Virus record (IMG/VR): IMGVR_UViG_3300035070_003276
Span: 1 to 64,000 of that record
Direction: 5' to 3' (one strand)
DNA length: 64,000 bases
From: a virus
Lineage: Duplodnaviria; Caudoviricetes
A program made the position numbers and the translations under genes. The stretch's first letter is position 1, and every line of letters starts with the position of its first letter. Positions 1 through 7,671 of the stretch are shown piece after piece. The notes beneath the pieces are model-generated. The model ran no database searches, was not told the DNA's origin, and saw nothing but the letters and a program-made list of their open reading frames with translations.

Positions 1-117
1 GATGTATAAACCGAAGCTGGACTGATATAAAAATAATATAGCTAAGAATACTACTAATACAACACATAGTAGTATAGAAGAGTATATAGTATAAGGAATA
101 ACATATAGTATATAAGG

Positions 118-141
118 GAGAGGGAGTACCTCTCTTTTTTA
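118..141 (+). terminator. Intrinsic terminator-like hairpin
   Basis: Stem GAGAGG/CCTCTC (118-123/129-134), 5-nt loop, followed by T6. Confidence 0.55.
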
Positions 142-414
142 TATCCACACTTCCCAGCTCAAGCGAACCGCTAGGTGAGCGTAAATAATCCTCAACTAAA
201 AAATATACGGAGAGGAGACCCCCCACCCCCCTTTGACAGGTTTCTTGTAATTAAGGAAAAATATGCGGGGCTACAGGCCCGGTCTAGCCTCTTCTCGTAT
301 CGGTGTCAATTTTTTACCCAGGGAATGATGACACCGGATGACACCCTCTGGAGGGTATCCCTGAGGGATAGGTATCTTATGATGTGAAATGAGGTAAAAT
401 TATTATAGCTAGAA

Positions 415-446
415 TTTGGTTATGTCATTTATTTTTTGTATATTTG
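415..446 (+). promoter_or_regulatory. Bacteroidota sigma-A type promoter
   Basis: TTTG (415-418), 20-nt spacer, TATATTTG (439-446); matches the -33 TTTG / -7 TAnnTTTG consensus. Confidence 0.8.
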
Positions 447-462
447 TTTATAAAATAAAAAT

Positions 463-669
463 GTGAATTTAAAAATAGAGACTGAATCTAATATAATATC
501 AATATGTGATGGTTATATCATTATTGAAAATATAATGGATGATGAGAGTGAACCTATCATAAGAGAGATAGATAAGTTAGATACCCTATATAAGGCAAGT
601 ATAAATTCACTACATCCTATAATAGATTGGTTGATTAAAGAATTAAAGAAGAATGGAAACAAAGGATGA
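463..669 (+). CDS. Hypothetical small early protein
   Basis: 68 aa ORF with a GTG start directly after the promoter; overlaps the next gene. Confidence 0.6.
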   Translation: MNLKIETESNIISICDGYIIIENIMDDESEPIIREIDKLDTLYKASINSLHPIIDWLIKELKKNGNKG

Positions 670-976
670 TATAGAATTGCAGGATTGGCAAGATATCATA
701 TTAGATAAGATGGATACAACACCTATTGAGTGGGGATATGATGAGTTAAATAAGTTTATGGATTCTAATATAATCTTAATGAAGGAACAAAAGAAAATGT
801 TGGAAACGATGATATACCCATCAGACTCTAATCCTTACCTACAACATATAGATTGGACATTTGGAAGAGAACCTATACAAACTATTATTGATAATGGGTA
901 TTATAGTAAAGGGGATAAAGAAATGTTAAACAACCTAAGAGAACATTGGATACGTTATACAAAGAAACGAAGCTAA
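653..976 (+). CDS. Hypothetical phage protein
   Basis: 107 aa ORF in a tightly packed + strand array. Confidence 0.7.
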   Translation: METKDDIELQDWQDIILDKMDTTPIEWGYDELNKFMDSNIILMKEQKKMLETMIYPSDSNPYLQHIDWTFGREPIQTIIDNGYYSKGDKEMLNNLREHWIRYTKKRS

Positions 977-992
977 CATTAAAATTAAATAA

Positions 993-1175
993 ATGAATAT
1001 AGAAGGATTAATCATAGCAATAGGATTGTTCTTATTAGGATTACTATTAGGCTACCTATGGGGAGAACAAAAAGAAAGAAGTAGAATATACGAAGCCTTC
1101 CGATATGAGGAATACACATATGAGGAGTTTTATAAGGTATTAGAGGAATATGAAAAAGAAAGATGGAGAGAGTAA
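993..1175 (+). CDS. Small single-pass membrane protein
   Basis: N-terminal hydrophobic helix (LIIAIGLFLLGLLLGYLW) followed by a charged tail. Confidence 0.65.
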   Translation: MNIEGLIIAIGLFLLGLLLGYLWGEQKERSRIYEAFRYEEYTYEEFYKVLEEYEKERWRE

Positions 1176-1275
1176 AGAAAAGGATATAGTAGAGGAAGGC
1201 TTATGGGACCACTATTCGGAACTACCTAATCCTTTATGGTATGAGTATAAGGAAAAAGAAAAGGAAGATGAGTAA
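1150..1275 (+). CDS. Small hypothetical protein (not in ORF track)
   Basis: Hand-translated 41 aa: MKKKDGESKEKDIVEEGLWDHYSELPNPLWYEYKEKEKEDE; fills the gap between neighbours. Confidence 0.4.
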   Translation: MKKKDGESKEKDIVEEGLWDHYSELPNPLWYEYKEKEKEDE

Positions 1276-1396
1276 AGATATAAGTAAAGAATTGGCTTGG
1301 TGGAGTTATCAAAAGAAAAAGGCAATTATGGAAGGAGACTTGAAATATATAATGGAATGTAATAAAGCCATTAAAGAATTGATGGAGGTTGTGTGA
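1268..1396 (+). CDS. Small hypothetical protein (not in ORF track)
   Basis: Hand-translated 42 aa: MSKDISKELAWWSYQKKKAIMEGDLKYIMECNKAIKELMEVV. Confidence 0.45.
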   Translation: MSKDISKELAWWSYQKKKAIMEGDLKYIMECNKAIKELMEVV

Positions 1397-1416
1397 TTGT
1401 TCCTCAGTACCTATAC

Positions 1417-1424
1417 TATTTATA
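1417..1424 (+). promoter_or_regulatory. TATTTATA motif (putative phage late promoter)
   Basis: Exact TATTTATA ending 3 nt before the ATG at 1428; the motif recurs upstream of many genes. Confidence 0.45.
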
Positions 1425-1427
1425 GAT

Positions 1428-1691
1428 ATGAATCCACAGGAATATTATTATATGGGGGAGTATGGGGATACGGAGGATATCGATTCCCTTTTGTTCAGTA
1501 AGGTAACACACCTTAGTTGGGTATTGGGATGTTATCGACAAGGGAGTATAAGGAGTACAACGATTAGAGAGTTGATTCCTTTATCATCCCTTCAACGATT
1601 ACTTATCCGTATGGAAGAACTGAATGAATTCGAAATGTGTACAACAATATTGGATATGATGATTGAATGTTATCCAACTAAAATAAATTAA
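1428..1691 (+). CDS. Hypothetical protein with UVR-like helical motif
   Basis: Start moved from 1389 to the ATG at 1428; C-terminal LLIRMEELNEFEMCTTILD resembles a UvrB/UvrC-type motif. Confidence 0.6.
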   Translation: MNPQEYYYMGEYGDTEDIDSLLFSKVTHLSWVLGCYRQGSIRSTTIRELIPLSSLQRLLIRMEELNEFEMCTTILDMMIECYPTKIN

Positions 1692-1957
1692 TGAATATGG
1701 AAAATCAAATGAAACGTTCCGTTGGTATAGAAGTTAAACCTGCTATTGGAGAATGGAAGATTGGGGATGGAGATAACTTCATTTCTTTTGCTCTTACTAA
1801 TAAACCTAATCTATTCCGTAGAATGATGGCTAATCTATTCTTTGGCCTTCGCTGGATAGATTATACCCAACCTAAAGAGATAAAGGATGTAGAACCTTCT
1901 AAAGGGGTTAAGGCTAAGGTTACTAAGGTAATACCTCCACAAAGAAGAAATAGATAA
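1691..1957 (+). CDS. Hypothetical phage protein
   Basis: 88 aa ORF; its start overlaps the upstream stop codon. Confidence 0.65.
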   Translation: MNMENQMKRSVGIEVKPAIGEWKIGDGDNFISFALTNKPNLFRRMMANLFFGLRWIDYTQPKEIKDVEPSKGVKAKVTKVIPPQRRNR

Positions 1958-1980
1958 TACTTATAAAGTAAATTAAATAT

Positions 1981-2154
1981 ATGAAACGAAACCACTTAAA
2001 GGAAAATGGAGTTGGATATTGGGAACATTGGCGTTTTGCTATGAAACTATCTATTTCTTTGTTTATCCATAGTTGGTTTCCAAACATCCTAACTGATTAT
2101 GCATCCAAAAAGATTATAGAACATCAAAATGAAATCAATAGAAAACAAAAGTAG
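1981..2154 (+). CDS. Small hypothetical protein, DUF6356-like (not in ORF track)
   Basis: 57 aa: MKRNHLKENGVGYWEHWRFAMKLSISLFIHSWFPNILTDYASKKII...; the HL..N...Y.EH..FA...IH..FP pattern is recalled, not searched. Confidence 0.55.
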   Translation: MKRNHLKENGVGYWEHWRFAMKLSISLFIHSWFPNILTDYASKKIIEHQNEINRKQK

Positions 2155-2395
2155 AATGAGATACCTATTGGGTAATAACCCAACGGGAGAGTTAATGAGA
2201 ATCATTACTCATAAGTTCACAACTGCGGATAAGCGTAATCGGTGGAATAATACTATCATCAAATTTTTTAGGTAAAACGACAGTTGGGAAAAATCGTTTT
2301 GACCGACACCGATGTATAATTTTTTTAAAGACAGTTTAGAGTAAGGGGGAAATCGGGCCCCATCCACACCGATTGAGATTTAAAGAGAATAAGTT

Positions 2396-2638
2396 ATGTT
2401 TGAAGAAGAAATAGAAGAATATGATAGGAGTTCCCGTAGAAGAGCTACCTATGTAAAGAATAAGAAACAACAACATAAAAAGTTATTAGATAGTGTATCG
2501 GTTGATGTATATAGGGATACGTTTAATAATGACCATATTGCTTATTGGAAATGGGTATTTAGATTTGAAGATGAACCTAAACCATATGTGAAGCCCGAAC
2601 CGATAAAAGTATTACATCCTTTTGAAGAATGGATATAA
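2396..2638 (+). CDS. Hypothetical phage protein
   Basis: 80 aa ORF ending just before a terminator. Confidence 0.65.
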   Translation: MFEEEIEEYDRSSRRRATYVKNKKQQHKKLLDSVSVDVYRDTFNNDHIAYWKWVFRFEDEPKPYVKPEPIKVLHPFEEWI

Positions 2639-2643
2639 AAAAG

Positions 2644-2670
2644 AACCTCAACAATTAGTTGGGGTTTTTA
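2644..2670 (+). terminator. Intrinsic terminator
   Basis: AACCTCAAC / GTTGGGGTT stem, AATTA loop, then a T-tract. Confidence 0.7.
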
Positions 2671-2694
2671 TTTGCTTTTATTTTAATAGGAAAT

Positions 2695-2724
2695 AAAAAA
2701 GGGGAAACCTTTCGGAATCCCCCT
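2695..2724 (-). terminator. Intrinsic terminator for the TonB-dependent receptor gene
   Basis: On the minus strand: GGGGATTCC-GAAA-GGTTTCCCC then T6, just downstream of the stop at 2748. Confidence 0.75.
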
Positions 2725-2747
2725 TAATATAACTAATTAATATTCAT

Positions 2748-5468
2748 TTAGAAATTGTACGTCAATGAAGCGTTCCAAGTTCTACCGAACCCAAACCATA
2801 CTGAGTTTCTCGTATCAACACCATTCCAAGTAGTTGAATTCTCATCTGCATGAATGTTAGAGTTTGATTCTGCGATATACGTAGTATTCAATAAGTTATT
2901 GATGTTTGCTCTCACATTCCATCCTTTACCTAATCTTGCCGTCATACCTAAATCAAACAATCCATATGAAGGAAGTTTCAATGCTCCAGCATTATCAGGA
3001 TTAGTAAACTCTGAATCAGTAATTGAATAATCAGCGTATAATCCATCAACAAATCTATAATCTAAATCCATAGAGATTTTCTTAGTGATTTTTTGGTTAA
3101 CACCTAAAAAGGTAGTGAACTGCGCTGCATCACCAACCTTAGCATCCTTTAGATAAAGAGTACCTGTACCAATCGATTGTTGTTGGTCATCAAATAACTC
3201 TGCCGTAAAATCTTTAGTATATCTCCAATCACCGATTGATAACATACCTCTAAATGTAGTAGCATCTGATAATTGATACTTACCTTCAAATTCGATACCA
3301 TTGTGTACAACATCAATGTTTCTAAATTGAGCCGAACCATCTACACCTTGTTGGTTAGATAAAGAACGAGTTACAAATCGATTACCCCACGATGTAGAAT
3401 AAGCGTTTACGTTGAAAGATAAATCTTTTCCAATGAATCCATAACCAACTTCGAAAGAAGTAATTTCTTCATTTTGTAAATCATCACTAATAGTATTAGA
3501 GTAGTTAGGGAATACTGCGCCAAACTGAGGTTGGCGAGAAATATAACCTGTATTAAAGAATACGTTTGATTTTTCGTTAATGTTGTAATTAGCCCCACCT
3601 TTAAGATACCCACCACCTTGATTTTGAATTAGTGATATCGGTTCATCAGGTACATCGAAGTAATCGATTCTTTGAAATGCTTGATTTGAAAGACCCGCTT
3701 GTACTACGGCAGTTAATCTATCACCACCATATTCAACCAATCCATTCACACCTTGCCATCCTACTTTACCTACATTGTGATAATCAATCTTAGGTCCATC
3801 TAAACCAGTACTACCAAACGGATTAGCTGCAACAGTTGTGTTAATGATTTGACCATTAGAGTTACGATTACCAGTTGAGTAGTAACCATCTAATCCCATT
3901 AGGTTATTTAATACACGATAATGTTGACCTGTGTATTTTCTTAAATCAACACCGATAGATGTTTTCCAATTTCCAAATTGTCCTTCTAAGTTAGAAATAC
4001 CACCAACCCAATCATGCGAGTTCATAGATGCTCTTCTTACTAATACTGAACGATTTACGTTTGAATCTCTGAATCCATTAGAACCAATTAACTGTCCCTC
4101 AAATCCGCTGATATCACCAGTGTATCCTTCAGTAGTTGCTATGTTGTTTGCAACAACTGCATCAAAGTTAATTGAACCATCTGCGTTTCTTGAACCTCTA
4201 CCATTTTCTAAATAGTGTTCAGTTAAATCTTTTCTAAATGGTAAGATATCAGCTTCGGCTGAACGATAGTTGTTACCACGTGGACCCGTACCACCACCTC
4301 TACCAGCTGAACCATATAATGATGTAGCTAGTTTAAGGTTAGATGTAATATCCCAATCCCAGTTAAAAGTTGCTAATGGTTTGTTGTAGAAGTTTCTTCT
4401 CATTGAGAATTCTTCACCATTCAACGTACCACCATTTGAGTTCCATCTAGGGTCAATACCTTCATCACCAAAGTTTTGATAATCTCTAATAGATACCCAA
4501 ACATCTCTTTGGTGGTGCCATTGCCCTGCTCCTAAAAACGTAAAGTTTAATTCGTGGTCAGAACCTTCAGGTGCGTAACCAACTGCCGCAAAGTAGGTAT
4601 AACCTTCTCCACTTGTGTTGTTAACATAACCATTACCAGCCCATCTAGATAGTAAGAAAGATGATGCCCATCCTTTTTCATTTACTCCAGTGTTGTAAGA
4701 TACTCCAGTCTTTGTATAACCATCATTTCCTACCATTTGTAATACCTTACCACCTTCACTCTTTTGAGCGGCTTTGGTAAAAATAGAAACAGTTCCACCT
4801 ACCGATGGTACTGCTAATCGTGATGCACCCAATCCTCTTTGAATTTGGATACCACTAGCAACATCTGATAATCCTTGCCAATTACTCCAATACACACGAC
4901 CATTCTCCATATCATTAACGGGTTGTCCGTTGATAAGAAAAGAAGTGTTAGTTTGGTCAAAACCTCTTAAAGAGATACGTGAATCACCATAACCACCACC
5001 TTGTTTGGTAGCGTAAACACCTGGGGTTTTATTCATAATTTCTGGGAACTCTAAGTTACCCGTCTTTAAAGAAATCTCTGATGGAGATATAGTAGATAAT
5101 GCGATTGGCGTTTCTCTCACCTTAGCAATATCGATTACACCGGATGTAACAACCACTTCACTTAGTGTGTTGTTTCCTACAACCAATGTATAGGTAGCCC
5201 CACTTTTCAATGTTGCTACTAGCTCTTCATATCCCAAAAATGAGATAATAATTTCACTACCTTCTTCAGATTGTATAGTAAAGTTACCATCAAAATCGGA
5301 AACTGCTCCGATAGTGGTACCTTTAACAACAATAGTTGCACCCGGTAATGGTTCATTCGTTCCAGCTTCCACTACTTTACCAGTAGTTTGACCGAATGTA
5401 GATAATGTGGTTAGTACCATCATCATCCCAATTAAAATTTGCTTCATAATTAAATTTGCTTTGTTCAT
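2748..5468 (-). CDS. TonB-dependent outer-membrane receptor (SusC-like architecture)
   Basis: 906 aa. Signal peptide; CarboxypepD_reg-like domain (GKVVEAGTNEPLPGATIVVKGT...SFLGY); plug (TPGVYATKQGGGYGDSRISLRGFDQTN...LINGQPVND); barrel ending in RTWNASLTYNF with terminal Phe. Confidence 0.93.
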   Translation of the reverse strand: MNKANLIMKQILIGMMMVLTTLSTFGQTTGKVVEAGTNEPLPGATIVVKGTTIGAVSDFDGNFTIQSEEGSEIIISFLGYEELVATLKSGATYTLVVGNNTLSEVVVTSGVIDIAKVRETPIALSTISPSEISLKTGNLEFPEIMNKTPGVYATKQGGGYGDSRISLRGFDQTNTSFLINGQPVNDMENGRVYWSNWQGLSDVASGIQIQRGLGASRLAVPSVGGTVSIFTKAAQKSEGGKVLQMVGNDGYTKTGVSYNTGVNEKGWASSFLLSRWAGNGYVNNTSGEGYTYFAAVGYAPEGSDHELNFTFLGAGQWHHQRDVWVSIRDYQNFGDEGIDPRWNSNGGTLNGEEFSMRRNFYNKPLATFNWDWDITSNLKLATSLYGSAGRGGGTGPRGNNYRSAEADILPFRKDLTEHYLENGRGSRNADGSINFDAVVANNIATTEGYTGDISGFEGQLIGSNGFRDSNVNRSVLVRRASMNSHDWVGGISNLEGQFGNWKTSIGVDLRKYTGQHYRVLNNLMGLDGYYSTGNRNSNGQIINTTVAANPFGSTGLDGPKIDYHNVGKVGWQGVNGLVEYGGDRLTAVVQAGLSNQAFQRIDYFDVPDEPISLIQNQGGGYLKGGANYNINEKSNVFFNTGYISRQPQFGAVFPNYSNTISDDLQNEEITSFEVGYGFIGKDLSFNVNAYSTSWGNRFVTRSLSNQQGVDGSAQFRNIDVVHNGIEFEGKYQLSDATTFRGMLSIGDWRYTKDFTAELFDDQQQSIGTGTLYLKDAKVGDAAQFTTFLGVNQKITKKISMDLDYRFVDGLYADYSITDSEFTNPDNAGALKLPSYGLFDLGMTARLGKGWNVRANINNLLNTTYIAESNSNIHADENSTTWNGVDTRNSVWFGFGRTWNASLTYNF

Positions 5469-5518
5469 TAAATGTAACTAAATACATCCTTAATTGGAGG
5501 TATCTTTTTATTTGAGTA

Positions 5519-5550
5519 CAAATATACAAAGAAATATCCAAACAACCAAA
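5519..5550 (-). promoter_or_regulatory. Bacteroidota sigma-A type promoter driving the TonB-dependent receptor
   Basis: Minus strand: TTTG (5550-5547), 20 nt, TATATTTG (5526-5519). Confidence 0.8.
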
Positions 5551-5607
5551 CTTTTTTAAGATAATTTTAACTATTGTTGATATCTTTTTAAAATATATGC
5601 AATAAAG

Positions 5608-5639
5608 TTTGGATAACTCAAAAAATTGTTGTATATTTG
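5608..5639 (+). promoter_or_regulatory. Bacteroidota sigma-A type promoter, divergent, driving the helicase
   Basis: TTTG (5608-5611), 20 nt, TATATTTG (5632-5639). Confidence 0.8.
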
Positions 5640-5678
5640 TATAGTTTACACTATATAATAGTGTAAAAATATTATTAT

Positions 5679-7055
5679 ATGGAATTAAGACCCAATCAAA
5701 TTGAACCCGTAAGGTTAGGTATTGAGTATTTCGATGAAAAGAAACCAGTACCATCAATAATTGTTGCACCTACCGCATTTGGTAAGTCAATTGTTATTGC
5801 TGCAATCGCTAAAGGAGTTGGTGAAAAGTTGTTAGTGATACAACCATCAAAGGAATTGTTGGAACAAAATTACTCTAAGTTTATTAATTTAGGTGGAACT
5901 GCTTCAATATACTCAGCATCTATGGGAGAAAAGGAAATTGGAGATGTTACATATGCAACAATTGGTTCTATTGTTAACATTGCATCTAAGTTTAAGGAAT
6001 TGGGGATTACAAAGGTTATCATTGATGAGTGTGATAGATTCCCCAGAGAACCAAATGGAATGCTTAGGCGTTTCTTAAAGGGTGCTGGTATCAAACATAC
6101 GTTAGGTTTAACTGCTACTCCACTTAAATTACAAACAAATATGGGGTCCGATGGTAGACCATTCTCTAAATTAGTAATGTTAACCTCTCGTTCTAAGAAA
6201 GGAATCTTTTTTAAGAAGATTATTTACGTTGCTCAAATACAAGAAATGGTTGAATTGGGATTTTGGAGTAAATTAGAATATCAATCATACGATTTTAACA
6301 CAGGTGATTTAGTTTATAACACAACGGGAGCCGAATATTCTAACTCTTCCATCAAAAAAGCATACAAAAACCAGAAAATTGGTGATAAGATTGCCAAAAA
6401 GGTAGAAGAGTTGTACAATAGACGTTCAATCTTAATAGCAGTACCAACAATTGATGAAGCTATTGAACTTACAAAGAAGATTCCAAGTTGTAAAGCAGTG
6501 TATTCTGATATGCATCCACAAGAAAGAAGGGAAATTATTGAGGATTTTAAGGCTGGTAGGTTACGATGTATAGCTCAAGTAAACATATTGACTGTTGGAT
6601 TTGATTATCCTGAGTTAGATTGTATTATCACTGGTAGACCTACTGCTTCATTAAGTTGGTGGTATCAATTTGTTGGTAGAGTTACCCGTATTCACCCCAA
6701 TAAATCAGAAGGATTAGTTGTGGACTTTGTAGGGGCAGTTCCAAAGTTTGGTAAAGTTGAAGATATCTACTTCAAAGATGAGGGTACTATGTGGAAAATG
6801 TATGGTGAAGATAAAAAACTTCTTACTGGAATTCCTATTCAAGAAATTGGATTACATATAGAAGGTGAGAAATCCCCACATGAGAAAGCAGCTGAAGGTG
6901 CTAAGGTTATAATGCCATTTGGTAAATATGCTAGAAGAGAAGTTAGAGAAATACCTGCCTCATATAGAGATTGGATGTTGAAGAACTTTAATTGGACTCC
7001 ATTCAATAAAAAAATTAAAGATGAAATTTTAAGATTAAAATCTATTGGTATTTAA
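5679..7055 (+). CDS. Superfamily 2 DExD/H helicase (RadD/UvsW-like) with C-terminal DUF3820-like domain
   Basis: Walker A APTAFGKS, IIDECD, LGLTATP, LTVGFDYP, YQFVGRVTR; C-terminal MPFGKY...REIPASYRDWM. Confidence 0.88.
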   Translation: MELRPNQIEPVRLGIEYFDEKKPVPSIIVAPTAFGKSIVIAAIAKGVGEKLLVIQPSKELLEQNYSKFINLGGTASIYSASMGEKEIGDVTYATIGSIVNIASKFKELGITKVIIDECDRFPREPNGMLRRFLKGAGIKHTLGLTATPLKLQTNMGSDGRPFSKLVMLTSRSKKGIFFKKIIYVAQIQEMVELGFWSKLEYQSYDFNTGDLVYNTTGAEYSNSSIKKAYKNQKIGDKIAKKVEELYNRRSILIAVPTIDEAIELTKKIPSCKAVYSDMHPQERREIIEDFKAGRLRCIAQVNILTVGFDYPELDCIITGRPTASLSWWYQFVGRVTRIHPNKSEGLVVDFVGAVPKFGKVEDIYFKDEGTMWKMYGEDKKLLTGIPIQEIGLHIEGEKSPHEKAAEGAKVIMPFGKYARREVREIPASYRDWMLKNFNWTPFNKKIKDEILRLKSIGI

Positions 7056-7065
7056 TACTTATTAA

Positions 7066-7073
7066 TATTTATA
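7066..7073 (+). promoter_or_regulatory. TATTTATA motif upstream of envelope operon A
   Basis: Exact motif in the intergenic region, about 110 nt before the ATG at 7183. Confidence 0.45.
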
Positions 7074-7182
7074 CCAAATACTCAATGGGTAGTATCTTAT
7101 ACTCATTAAACACAATCGTTACCTCAATCGTTATTTTATTCGTTATATAAAATGTTACCTTAATCAAAAAAGGCTAACTTTT

Positions 7183-7671
7183 ATGAGTATGTCAAAAATT
7201 ATAGGAATTGTAATATTCCTATTGATTGGGTTAGAATCAACCCAAGCACAAGATGATTTAATTAAGATAGGTGAAGTTACCAACGAAATCCGAATGGGTA
7301 AGTTTGCTGGTAATAGAAATCTTGCTTATGGTGTTCAGAATATATTAGAAGAGATTCTAATGGATATGGATTATTACTTAGATGATGAATCTCCCAAAGA
7401 AATAACATTACGATTAGTTTTTTTCGATGTAAAAAACATTGGAACGAATGTTGGCATCTACCATAAAGATGTTGCACTAACCCAAATCATAGCAATCGGT
7501 GAATTACTGATTGATGGTAAGGTGGTGAAGAGTACAATCCAAAAAGGACAATCTAAAACCATATCTACCTCAACATTAGTTATTGCCGATGATGGGACAT
7601 TTAACCAACAAACGGCTTCAATTGCTTTAAAGAAAGTATGTGTTGCTGTTATTAAAAAATTATTTGAATGA
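7183..7671 (+). CDS. Exported small CsgG/TolB_N-like protein (module A1; paralog of 32522..32920)
   Basis: Signal peptide ending TQA-QD. LAYGVQNILEEIL and TFNQQTASIALKKVC align with FTFGVRQITEEIV and PFEQTEFSVAMKKAI of the paralog. Confidence 0.65.
   Translation: MSMSKIIGIVIFLLIGLESTQAQDDLIKIGEVTNEIRMGKFAGNRNLAYGVQNILEEILMDMDYYLDDESPKEITLRLVFFDVKNIGTNVGIYHKDVALTQIIAIGELLIDGKVVKSTIQKGQSKTISTSTLVIADDGTFNQQTASIALKKVCVAVIKKLFE

Noticed and set aside
175-387. 70 aa ORF from the track
   Set aside because: GTG start with no A-rich context, atypical composition, and it lies over a palindrome-rich patch between a terminator and a promoter; probably non-coding.
5679-7055. Helicase as a type I/III restriction subunit
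   Set aside because: No methyltransferase or specificity gene nearby and no nuclease domain; it fits a RadD/UvsW-like repair helicase.
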